Source of the DNA: a virus
Taxonomy: Duplodnaviria > Caudoviricetes
Length of the DNA stretch: 64,000 nucleotides
Direction: 5' to 3' (one strand)
IMG/VR virus record: IMGVR_UViG_2706796752_000001
Span: 32,001 to 96,000 of that record
Part shown: positions 7,201 through 15,730 of the stretch, one piece after another
Numbering within the stretch: position 1 is the stretch's first letter
Layout of the letters: the number at the start of each line of letters is the position of its first letter
Program-made: the position numbers and the translations under genes
Notes under the pieces: model-generated
Told to the model about the DNA's origin: nothing
The model's database searches: none
What the model saw: the letters and a program-made list of their open reading frames with translations, nothing else

Positions 7201-8082
7201 ATGGGAGCTCACTTAGTAGAACCAGAAAGCGGCAGCCCGTATCAACATAATAATAAACAACGAATCGAGCTAGCTGATGTAGATAAACTGACGCTAGCTG
7301 ATTTTGGGTTTACAGTTGATGCGGTTAAACTAAACCACTTTGGTATCGACGTAAAGAATCCAACTACAGGAGAATTCCTTCCGGATGCATTCTATGAAGC
7401 TAAGATTGAACAAGGTATTGCACAAGCAGAGAAAATGCTTGACATCGTTATCATCCCTCGACACGTCGAAGAGCACTCCGATTTCTATCGTAATGACTTT
7501 GACTCATATAACTTTATACGAACGCGTAAGCGCCCTGTAATCCAGTTAGAGAAGATGAGAATGGAGTATGGTGGAGGAACAGTATTCTCTTATCCTCCTA
7601 AATGGTGGAGAGTGTATACATTAGAGGGTCATGTAGAGCTAATGCCTACGATGTTACTATCCTCACAGGGACAGAATTTAAGTCTATCAAACATCTACTC
7701 AGGTTATCCTATGATATCCGGTATACCTTCTCTAGTAGGCGGAGAGTACGCACCACAGCTATTCCACGTAGAATATGTTGCTGGACTGTTACCACCTAAA
7801 CGGAGAGGCGTGACAGAGGACTGGGAACTGTCTCCTGACTTATGGACATTAGTTATTAAACTAGCATTAAAAGAAATCCTGCAACAATGGGGAAGACTTA
7901 TCGTTGGTGCTGGTATCGCTGAGATGACAACACAAATAGATGGTGTATTCCAGAAGATTAATACAACTCAGTCTGCTATGTACGGTGGAGCGTACGCAGA
8001 TATATCTCAGTTAGATAGAGATATAGAGGACCTATACAAAGGGTTAAAATCTCACTACGGAGTAAACTTAGGAATTATCTAA
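7201..8082 (+). CDS. Head-tail adaptor / neck protein
   Basis: 293 aa; synteny; GAGIA and TTQSAMYGGA motifs. Confidence 0.7.
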   Translation: MGAHLVEPESGSPYQHNNKQRIELADVDKLTLADFGFTVDAVKLNHFGIDVKNPTTGEFLPDAFYEAKIEQGIAQAEKMLDIVIIPRHVEEHSDFYRNDFDSYNFIRTRKRPVIQLEKMRMEYGGGTVFSYPPKWWRVYTLEGHVELMPTMLLSSQGQNLSLSNIYSGYPMISGIPSLVGGEYAPQLFHVEYVAGLLPPKRRGVTEDWELSPDLWTLVIKLALKEILQQWGRLIVGAGIAEMTTQIDGVFQKINTTQSAMYGGAYADISQLDRDIEDLYKGLKSHYGVNLGII

Positions 8083-8095
8083 GGAGGTATAAAAC

Positions 8096-8881
8096 ATGGC
8101 AGAGAAGCCAATTATGCTCCAGCAGATAGCACAAGCAACAAATAGGCTTCCGGACTTAGACCAGCATATTGACACATTCTCACAAAAAGTGCTATGGGAA
8201 AAGTCATTTCTTTGCCCGTGTAAGGACAAGGATACATCTCAGCCGGACCCTACTTGTCGAATCTGCCACGGTAGAGGTATTTCATTTAGACCACCAGTAC
8301 AGATGACCATGATGGTTCAATCACAAGCTAAAGGCGCAATCAATGATGACCTTGGTATAAGCGATACAGGAACCGCTATAGGTACTCCAGACCGGAGCCA
8401 ACGTATTGCATTCCGCGATAGAATAACGGTACCTAACGCTAAGCTATCACAGTCTATCTTATTCGATGTAACCGACAAGCGTGTCAAAAATGGACTATAC
8501 CTAGTTTACGATGTTCAATCTGTAGACTTGGCTATGAGCATCGATGGTGAGATATTTGAAGGTACACACTTCCGTATTGACTACAAGACTAACAGAGTTT
8601 ATCCAGATGCGAGTATGATAGGGAAAAATATATCCCTTAATGTCTTGACAACACTGAGATATCTTGTAGCTGATTTATTGAAAGAACATCGTTACGCACG
8701 TGATATGGACTTCTCCCAACATAACACGTACCAGAAGCTATTGCTTAAGCGTGAAGACCTGTTTATTGACAAAGAAGCATTCTCACAAGGTGTATCTAAC
8801 GAAGTTGCTAGAGAACAGTTAGATTCCAAGAAACCTCTAAACACAAATGGCATGAACGGATTCTTCGGTAACCTTGGCTAG
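8096..8881 (+). CDS. Head-closure / neck protein with Zn ribbon
   Basis: CPC...CRICHGRG motif; synteny. Confidence 0.7.
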   Translation: MAEKPIMLQQIAQATNRLPDLDQHIDTFSQKVLWEKSFLCPCKDKDTSQPDPTCRICHGRGISFRPPVQMTMMVQSQAKGAINDDLGISDTGTAIGTPDRSQRIAFRDRITVPNAKLSQSILFDVTDKRVKNGLYLVYDVQSVDLAMSIDGEIFEGTHFRIDYKTNRVYPDASMIGKNISLNVLTTLRYLVADLLKEHRYARDMDFSQHNTYQKLLLKREDLFIDKEAFSQGVSNEVAREQLDSKKPLNTNGMNGFFGNLG

Positions 8882-9512
8882 GAAACCAAGAAAACCAAGG
8901 AAGGTTCCAAAGCTCCTACGCGGCGGACAAGATACTTCGAGAGCTCTTAACAACATTGGCAAGGCATTGCAGCAGCAAGCCCTACAATCGACAGCTAAGC
9001 AGCTCTCCGAGTCACTTCCGGAAGGATACGAACTTAAACAACGTCCGAAATACTTAGAGGTTACTGAGAAGCGATTAACAGGTATGGGAGTAGTAGATTT
9101 GAAACCAATGTTCGCTAAAAGTCCGAAAAGGAAGTTTAGTAAGAATGGTGGTTGGTACTTGGATGTACCGATTAGAAGAAAAGCTCGTGGAATGTCCCGA
9201 AGAATGTATGACCAACTAAGAGCAGTCGATATGGGTGGACAACAGAAGATTAATATCATATCTGATTACCTGTACGATAACCGAGGAGTATCAGATGCAC
9301 CACTACTAAACTATAAGCCTAAATCTAATACTATCACAAAGATTGCATCAGGTAAAGGTCGACATGATTATGTAGCATTTAGACGTGTATCGAATAACTC
9401 ATCACCTACTAGCTGGATAGTTAACCGAGATAAAGTAACGGTAGCTAATACATCAAAGACGTTCGTAGCAAATGTTAATAGGCTCATGAAGTACAACATG
9501 AAGAATATGTAG
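8874..9512 (+). CDS. Basic neck / tail-completion protein
   Basis: Very K/R-rich; GGWYLDVPIR and YVAFRRVS motifs; synteny. Confidence 0.6.
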   Translation: MARKPRKPRKVPKLLRGGQDTSRALNNIGKALQQQALQSTAKQLSESLPEGYELKQRPKYLEVTEKRLTGMGVVDLKPMFAKSPKRKFSKNGGWYLDVPIRRKARGMSRRMYDQLRAVDMGGQQKINIISDYLYDNRGVSDAPLLNYKPKSNTITKIASGKGRHDYVAFRRVSNNSSPTSWIVNRDKVTVANTSKTFVANVNRLMKYNMKNM

Positions 9513-9526
9513 AAAGGAGGAACTTC

Positions 9527-10399
9527 ATGTTACCAAGTATAGATACTTACATTAAAAGTGAGATAGAACGAACATTAGGAATGCTCCTAGACAACCGCTA
9601 TATTATAGAGGAACTATTAAAAGAGGTTCAAGATAGTGTACGAAATAAGTTCATCAAGGCTTATGTCTACGATGAATACTTACAAGCTGCACCGAAAGAA
9701 ATACCTATCGTTTATACAATGCCGCAGACAAAGCAGCAAATGCAAGGCACGATTTACATCTCATTACGAGAGGGAGAGGAATCGCACACTTCATTGAACA
9801 ATCTGGAGAGTACGTACGATAATCCCGAAGTAAGGATGAGGTCGCAGGTATGTGATGTGAAGATATTCTCAGATGAGAGAATGTACTTTGAAGTCGAACA
9901 TCCTGTAGCATCTATGGAATCCGTAAGTAACGTAACTTTTACAGATAAGGATAATATAGTTTGCGAAGGTAATAGAATCTACTTCAATTACTCTCCTGAT
10001 TTAGAAGGACTAGGAGGATTCACAGTCTGGTATAACGAGGCATCAATAAAGGCTAATAGAGTTGGTGAGTTTGGTGTTCGTTCTGGTTTCACTTCTACCG
10101 AACATTATAGCATCCTTGTTATCTCAACCAACATGGACACAGTAAGGTGTTTAGACCTACTTTTGAAAGCCGTACTTATCTACATGCGTAGTAAACCGGA
10201 AGAACAAACCAATCATCTATTACAAGGCATACGGTACGGTCAGATGGAAGAATTAAATTCTAAGGATGGTACTGAAGCACCGGAGATTCTATACGGTCGA
10301 GAAACAATAGTAACGTATACGACTTCATACAGTCTGGACGTTCCAATTCTAGAAAGAATAGAAAACATCGTCCTTAAAAATAAATTAAACGTTAAGTAA
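9527..10399 (+). CDS. Putative tail terminator protein
   Basis: 290 aa, two genes upstream of sheath; SD AAAGGAGG. Confidence 0.6.
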   Translation: MLPSIDTYIKSEIERTLGMLLDNRYIIEELLKEVQDSVRNKFIKAYVYDEYLQAAPKEIPIVYTMPQTKQQMQGTIYISLREGEESHTSLNNLESTYDNPEVRMRSQVCDVKIFSDERMYFEVEHPVASMESVSNVTFTDKDNIVCEGNRIYFNYSPDLEGLGGFTVWYNEASIKANRVGEFGVRSGFTSTEHYSILVISTNMDTVRCLDLLLKAVLIYMRSKPEEQTNHLLQGIRYGQMEELNSKDGTEAPEILYGRETIVTYTTSYSLDVPILERIENIVLKNKLNVK

Positions 10400-10416
10400 C
10401 AGGGAGGAAAAATGTA

Positions 10417-10647
10417 ATGGCAGAAGTTAAGGAAGAAGTTAAAGAAACCAAGAAAATAAAATCGGAAGCTAAGAAGCCACAACCTCTATCGTTAGTCTAC
10501 ATCGATGATTATCTAAACATGGCAAAAGGCACTCACAAGGTGTCAGACGCTTACCTAGCAGGTTTTAAAGCGCACATGTATGGCAGTCACTATATGTACG
10601 ACATTAACGACTTCGAGAAAGCTTTTAAAGCTTACCAAAACTCATAA
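10417..10647 (+). CDS. Small conserved virion-module protein
   Basis: SD GGAGG; directly before sheath. Confidence 0.7.
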   Translation: MAEVKEEVKETKKIKSEAKKPQPLSLVYIDDYLNMAKGTHKVSDAYLAGFKAHMYGSHYMYDINDFEKAFKAYQNS

Positions 10648-10669
10648 TAGAAAAGGAGAGAAATAACAC

Positions 10670-12400
10670 ATGGCACTTTCATATGGTTACAATAGAAAAC
10701 GTCCACGTACTGAGGTATTTGTGGATTCAACAGCTTTACGTTCAGCGAACACCCTTAGTGAAAAACCACTTATCTTAATTGGTCCAGCTGACGGTGGCGT
10801 TCCTCATAAATACGAAGAAGTAACAAACTTAGCACAAGCTCGTACTTTCTTCCGTAGTGGTGACCTTGTCGATGCAATCGAAATCGCATGGAACCCAGCT
10901 ACAGAGGCTCGTGGTGCAGGTAAGATTTATGCGATGCGTTCTGACGATGCAAAACAAGCGACTTTAACACAAGAAGGTTTAACATTCACTTCTAAGTTAT
11001 ATGGTACCGATGCTAACGGTATCCAAGTCGAGATGAAAGAACACACAGGTATCAGTGGAGCTAAAACGAAAGGTAAAGACGTTACAGTCTACTTCGTTAA
11101 AGACCGCTACCAAAACACTTACCAAGACGTAGGTAACATCTTCTCAATCACTCATAAACCAGAAACTGGTGCAGAGTACGCGTCAATCGAAGTTAAAGTA
11201 AATACTGACAAGAAATCAACAGAGTTAATCATCAAAGAAGGTAAAGATGAGCAGACAGCAGCAGTTCTTCGTTCATTTCCATTAGGTGAAGGTCTTTACC
11301 GCGACGTTAACGTTCTTGTAGAGGACATTAACAACATTGCACACTTCACAGCAACTATGAACAACGTTGGTGGTTACAAAAACATCACAACTGACTTCTT
11401 AGATGAATTAAAGTCTACAGAAGTAAAAGAAACTCCAGCTTTAGCTGTAACTGCAATCGGTGCCGACTTAGAGAACGTACTTGCAACTGACCCGTACGTA
11501 TCCGCTACAATCGACCGAGCTAAAACAGTTCCTGCAACAGTTGCTATCTCGTACTTAGCTGGTGGAGAAACAAAACCATTAACTAGTGGATGGGATACAT
11601 TGTTTGAGGAAATCGCTAACTGTGGTGGTTACTACGTCGTTCCTTTAACAGCTAGTGAAGGCGTACACGCAGAATTAGCACACTTCTTACGCAGCGAGTC
11701 TACTGGTGGTAACCAATTACGCGGATTCGTCGGTGGTGGCGTAGGTGAGTCATTCGACAAACTTCGTTCACGTCAAGCTGGTATCCGTTCTCCTCGTGTT
11801 TGCTTAATCGGTGACTCTGTAGAACGTCGTATGATGGATGGTCGAGTAGTTAAGCTTCCAGCTTACATGTACGCAGCACAAATCGCAGGTTTAGCATCTG
11901 GATTAGAAATCGGAACACCTATCACTTACAAGAAAATGAACATCGAGAAATTACTAGTTAAGTTTGATAGTGACCAGTTAGACCAGTTAGATGCATCTGG
12001 TGTAGTAATGACATCTTACATCCGTAATCGTGACATCTCTACATTCCGTATCGTATCTGACCCAACGACTTACAACAACGTAGAAGATGTAGTACAGAAC
12101 AGAATGTCATTAGGTGAAACTTCTGACTTCTTAGCTACAGATATTCGTATGATGCTAGATGATAGCTTCATAGGTACACGTATCCGTAACACTTCTGCTT
12201 CTATCATCAAAAACGCTGTAGAGTCATTCCTTGACAAACAAACTGGAGTAGGCGGCTTAATCGTTTCTTACAACCCAGAAGATGTACAAGTAATCATCAA
12301 TGGTAACACAGCAATCATCAATGTCGGTGTTCAGCCAACTCGTGGATTAGACTACATCAACGTATTCTTAAACTACAAGGACAACGCAATACAAGCTTAA
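10670..12400 (+). CDS. Tail sheath protein
   Basis: 576 aa; FRSGDLVDAIEIAWNP, YYVVPLT, FIGTRIRNTSASIIKN motifs of Herelleviridae sheath. Confidence 0.95.
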   Translation: MALSYGYNRKRPRTEVFVDSTALRSANTLSEKPLILIGPADGGVPHKYEEVTNLAQARTFFRSGDLVDAIEIAWNPATEARGAGKIYAMRSDDAKQATLTQEGLTFTSKLYGTDANGIQVEMKEHTGISGAKTKGKDVTVYFVKDRYQNTYQDVGNIFSITHKPETGAEYASIEVKVNTDKKSTELIIKEGKDEQTAAVLRSFPLGEGLYRDVNVLVEDINNIAHFTATMNNVGGYKNITTDFLDELKSTEVKETPALAVTAIGADLENVLATDPYVSATIDRAKTVPATVAISYLAGGETKPLTSGWDTLFEEIANCGGYYVVPLTASEGVHAELAHFLRSESTGGNQLRGFVGGGVGESFDKLRSRQAGIRSPRVCLIGDSVERRMMDGRVVKLPAYMYAAQIAGLASGLEIGTPITYKKMNIEKLLVKFDSDQLDQLDASGVVMTSYIRNRDISTFRIVSDPTTYNNVEDVVQNRMSLGETSDFLATDIRMMLDDSFIGTRIRNTSASIIKNAVESFLDKQTGVGGLIVSYNPEDVQVIINGNTAIINVGVQPTRGLDYINVFLNYKDNAIQA

Positions 12401-12449
12401 TAGGAGCCCTTCGGGGTTCCTTCTAAATAAATTATAGGAGTGATTGTTA

Positions 12450-12878
12450 ATGGCAAGTTTAGCTAACCAAACTGTCCAATCCGCAAATACCGTCTACTTC
12501 ATGATTAAAAACGTACCAATCGCTCGTGCACAGTCAATCAGTTCAGAGCGTTCATTCGGTACAACTGGTGTTTACGAGATTGGTTCTATCATGCCTAAAG
12601 AGCACGTTTACTTACGATATGAAGGTACTGTAACAGTTGACCGTTTCCGTATGCGTAAGGAGAACTTAGCTGCATTAGGTTTCGCCGCTCTTGGTGAAGA
12701 AGTATTACAAATGGATATCATGGACATCGTTCTATATGATAACATTACCTCTGAGGTAGTAATCGCATACCGCGGTTGCTCAATCGATACTTACAGCGAG
12801 ACTGTATCTGTAGGTGAAATCAGCTCAGAGAGCGCACGTTTCTACTTCTTAACATCAGCAAACGTTCGTTCTAACTAA
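12450..12878 (+). CDS. Tail tube protein
   Basis: MASLANQTVQSANTV...GTTGVYEIGSIMPKEHVYL; follows sheath; ATG at 12450 after AGGAG. Confidence 0.9.
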   Translation: MASLANQTVQSANTVYFMIKNVPIARAQSISSERSFGTTGVYEIGSIMPKEHVYLRYEGTVTVDRFRMRKENLAALGFAALGEEVLQMDIMDIVLYDNITSEVVIAYRGCSIDTYSETVSVGEISSESARFYFLTSANVRSN

Positions 12879-12905
12879 TAGAATCCTTCGGGGTTCTATT
12901 TTTTT
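12877..12905 (+). terminator. Terminator after tail tube
   Basis: AATAGAATCC-TTCG-GGGTTCTATT (UUCG loop) plus T tract. Confidence 0.9.
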
Positions 12906-12908
12906 ATG

Positions 12909-12937
12909 TTGACAATTAAAAACTACCATGGTAAGCT
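12909..12937 (+). promoter_or_regulatory. Sigma-A-type promoter
   Basis: TTGACA-17-TAAGCT with extended TG. Confidence 0.75.
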
Positions 12938-12967
12938 TACCTCAACAAATATTAGGAGGTAGTTAAA

Positions 12968-13312
12968 ATGACAGAATTCAAATTAGGAAGCATAGTGGAT
13001 AACATGATGAATATTAAGGACGAGACAATTAAGGAGCAAATCAGCAAGATTGTTGATTTAGAGTTTGAGAACTATGACCTAAAGAACAAGAAAAAGAACT
13101 TAGAGGATGACGTTAAGTTCATCTATAAAGTATGTGGTGGTTGGATTGGATTATGTTATGACTGGGCTAGAGAAGCAGAAAAGGATAGAGAGCATTATTA
13201 TTACACAGATGAAGAAATAGATGCTAAGAAATCTAAGTATATGGAAAGAGCACAAGCGTTACGAGAAGTAAGAGAGCTAATTGCACGAACACGAGAGAAC
13301 AGAGACTTCTAA
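12968..13312 (+). CDS. Hypothetical protein (independently transcribed insert)
   Basis: SD AGGAGGT; own promoter and terminator. Confidence 0.8.
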   Translation: MTEFKLGSIVDNMMNIKDETIKEQISKIVDLEFENYDLKNKKKNLEDDVKFIYKVCGGWIGLCYDWAREAEKDREHYYYTDEEIDAKKSKYMERAQALREVRELIARTRENRDF

Positions 13313-13328
13313 GAGGTCTCTTTTTTTT
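13301..13328 (+). terminator. Intrinsic terminator
   Basis: AGAGACTTC/GAGGTCTCT stem plus T tract. Confidence 0.85.
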
Positions 13329-13329
13329 A

Positions 13330-13358
13330 TTGACAGAAAAGTATAAATCTGTTACAGT
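13330..13358 (+). promoter_or_regulatory. Sigma-A-type promoter
   Basis: TTGACA-17-TACAGT with extended TG. Confidence 0.7.
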
Positions 13359-13387
13359 CAAATTATACCAAAGAGGAGGAGATTTAT

Positions 13388-13789
13388 ATGCAACATAAAA
13401 AGATTGGATTTAATTTAGAAGTGGAAGAGTTTACACCGGACCCAACATTGAAAGCTTATGCAGACATGATGCACGAACATGTAAACCAAGTAACAGACAA
13501 GATTCGTAAAGAGATGGATGACACTATTAGGCAAGAGATAGAAAAAGGATTAGAAGGTTACGAGTATGACACATATACCGTGGAGAAACCACATCCTAGT
13601 CTACCAGCTTTAATAACTTTATATCCTAGTAGAAAAGAGATACTACTATTCGGTGTCACCGAGCATCAGCCCGATTTAATAAACTTCAAGCAGACAGAGA
13701 TATTCAAAATCAGAATGTTCGATGGATACGATGAGATTTTTAAAAGTACAACAGTATTCTATAAAGACTATAACATTAGTATCATCTAA
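13388..13789 (+). CDS. Hypothetical protein (independently transcribed insert)
   Basis: SD GAGGAG; own promoter and terminator. Confidence 0.8.
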   Translation: MQHKKIGFNLEVEEFTPDPTLKAYADMMHEHVNQVTDKIRKEMDDTIRQEIEKGLEGYEYDTYTVEKPHPSLPALITLYPSRKEILLFGVTEHQPDLINFKQTEIFKIRMFDGYDEIFKSTTVFYKDYNISII

Positions 13790-13796
13790 GTTACAG

Positions 13797-13824
13797 GAGG
13801 GTGTCACATGGCATCCTCTTTTTT
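13797..13824 (+). terminator. Intrinsic terminator
   Basis: GAGGGTGTC/GGCATCCTC stem plus T6. Confidence 0.85.
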
Positions 13825-13831
13825 CTATGAT

Positions 13832-13859
13832 TTTACAGTAATATTACAAAACTGTTACA
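13832..13859 (-). promoter_or_regulatory. Putative WalR (YycF) boxes: three TGTWAH half-sites at 11-bp period
   Basis: Minus strand reads TGTAAC-AGTTT-TGTAAT-ATTAC-TGTAAA, matching TGTWAH-N5-TGTWAH twice. Confidence 0.6.
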
Positions 13860-13933
13860 TTAATATAATATCTAACTTGGTGCGGTATATTACTATTAAG
13901 AAGGACAAAAACAAACAAAGGAGTTTTGATGAG

Positions 13934-14536
13934 ATGAAAAAACTAAGGAACACGTTAACAGGTTTGGTGTTAGGTACAGGATTATTGTTTGGCGCCGGAG
14001 CAGCGAGTGCTGATACAGGAGGTACTAGTGTAGTAGACTTCCTACATTCAAAAGGAGAATCATATGACTTCGGAACACGTAGTAATCTAGCAGCACAATA
14101 TGGTATTGCAGGTTACCAAGGAACAGCTAACCAGAACATCCAATTACTAGGTTACTTACAAGGTGACCTAAATCAACCGCAACCTAAGAAAGTAAAAGAT
14201 GAGTCTTACACAGAGACTACACCACAAGGTAAAACAATCGTAGTGAAAGCAACAGCTTATACTGCTGACCCATCCGAGAATGGCGGAACATATGGTGGAC
14301 GAGTATTAACAGCTACAGGGTTTGACTTAACAGCAAATCCATCGGCTAAAGTTATCGCAGTTGACCCACGAGTAATTCCATTAGGCTCTAAAGTTCATGT
14401 AGAAGGATACGGAACAGCAATTGCATCAGATACTGGTGGAGCTATCAAAGGAAATCGAATCGATGTATTAATGCCTTCTAAATCTCAGTCTAGTAACTGG
14501 GGCGTACGAACAGTAAAAGTAACAATCTTAAACTAG
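13934..14536 (+). CDS. Secreted 3D-domain (YocH/MltA-like) cell-wall enzyme with N-terminal DUF3597-like PG-binding module
   Basis: Signal peptide MKKL...AGAASA; SVVDFL..YQGTANQN motif; ATAYT, IAVDPRVIPLGS, DTGGAIKGNRIDV; start moved from 13808 to the ATG after AAGGAG. Confidence 0.9.
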   Translation: MKKLRNTLTGLVLGTGLLFGAGAASADTGGTSVVDFLHSKGESYDFGTRSNLAAQYGIAGYQGTANQNIQLLGYLQGDLNQPQPKKVKDESYTETTPQGKTIVVKATAYTADPSENGGTYGGRVLTATGFDLTANPSAKVIAVDPRVIPLGSKVHVEGYGTAIASDTGGAIKGNRIDVLMPSKSQSSNWGVRTVKVTILN

Positions 14537-14537
14537 T

Positions 14538-14572
14538 AAAGGGACCGTCTCTCAATAGAGATGGTCTTTTTT
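14538..14572 (+). terminator. Intrinsic terminator, followed by late motif TGTTATACTA (14572-14581)
   Basis: GACCGTCTCT/AGAGATGGTC stem plus T6. Confidence 0.85.
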
Positions 14573-14627
14573 GTTATACTATTTATATAAGTACTATATT
14601 AGAGAAGATAAAACAGGAGGTATAATT

Positions 14628-15056
14628 ATGGAAATTACTAAAGAGTATGAAGAAGTACATGAAGGTGAAAGCAAAGAGTTGACACGTGAAGAGGTCCAAG
14701 AGGAACAAGCACAGGAGAAACGACAACTTATCGATAGAATCATGCGCGGTAAAAACGATATGTTCATCAAACACTACAATCTACCAGAATACAACATTGA
14801 GTTTACGGTCCATATCCAAGCACCGAACGCAATTGAGAGTGGTAAGATTCAAGCCAAGACTGCTAGATACTTAGATGGTATGAACCTTTACTCATCCCAA
14901 TACTACGTAGTCGTTTATCAGACTCTTGCAATCTTAAGAATTTGCGGAAGAGAATTACCAGAATATTTAGAAAAGGACGAGAACATTTACAATCTAGACA
15001 TCTTGTATTTAATCGGTGTCGATTTTGCAGAATGGCTAAGTACCTTTCGAAAGTAA
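14628..15056 (+). CDS. Tail assembly chaperone (gpG-like)
   Basis: Two genes upstream of tape measure; ATG at 14628 after AGGAGGT. Confidence 0.75.
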   Translation: MEITKEYEEVHEGESKELTREEVQEEQAQEKRQLIDRIMRGKNDMFIKHYNLPEYNIEFTVHIQAPNAIESGKIQAKTARYLDGMNLYSSQYYVVVYQTLAILRICGRELPEYLEKDENIYNLDILYLIGVDFAEWLSTFRK

Positions 15057-15102
15057 GGTCAAACAGTACGGTGGGCTAAAGCAGTTAGCTAAGGAACCAT
15101 AT

Positions 15103-15684
15103 ATGAGAAACATGTGGGTACTTATCAAGACACTTAACATGCCACCTACAGACCCCCGATTCTTAGCCTTAGATGACGCACAAGTAGAGTTGATGCTTTA
15201 CTCATTAGAGGAAGATGCAAAAGCTATTGAGAGAGCTCGCAGAGGCGTACAGGTTGAAGATGAAAACTTTGATAGTTCATTCGATGACAAGATTTGGAAC
15301 AAAGCTGCTGGTGAGTGGCAAATGGTTGAAGACGGTCATGATATGGACGAGATTGCTAGACAGGTTAATGCGATGACAGCAGCTAAGGACAGAGCAGACC
15401 TAGAAGGTAAGTTTGATGGTATTGAAGGTTACAATGAACATCTAGAAAACGGTGGAATGACTTCTCGTGAAGCCGAAGTATCTAACCATATCGCGAATCA
15501 GTTGGCTAAGGCAGAACAAAGAGCGAGAGAGTTGGAATCAGGTGCAACGTCTAACAAAGACTTCATTGATGACCGCGAGCGCGCAGGAGAAGTTGTTATG
15601 GATGAAGAGCACAGGCTCAACAAACAAGCAATGGATGAGGCAATCGCAGCATTTGAAGACGATGACGATTATGATGTTCTTTAG
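15103..15684 (+). CDS. Tail assembly chaperone C-terminal part (gpT-like), probably reached by frameshift; frame open from 15040
   Basis: Directly precedes tape measure; +1 frame overlaps the upstream ORF end at TTT CGA. Confidence 0.7.
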   Translation: MRNMWVLIKTLNMPPTDPRFLALDDAQVELMLYSLEEDAKAIERARRGVQVEDENFDSSFDDKIWNKAAGEWQMVEDGHDMDEIARQVNAMTAAKDRADLEGKFDGIEGYNEHLENGGMTSREAEVSNHIANQLAKAEQRARELESGATSNKDFIDDRERAGEVVMDEEHRLNKQAMDEAIAAFEDDDDYDVL

Positions 15685-15730
15685 AGAGAGGGGTAACCCT
15701 CTCTTATTTTAGATATAAGGATGTGGAAAA

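Noticed and set aside
13808-13933. Longer N-termini given by the ORF track (13808; also 14571, 45218, 58655, 61073)
   Set aside because: These extensions run through terminators or promoters; downstream ATGs have proper SD sequences.
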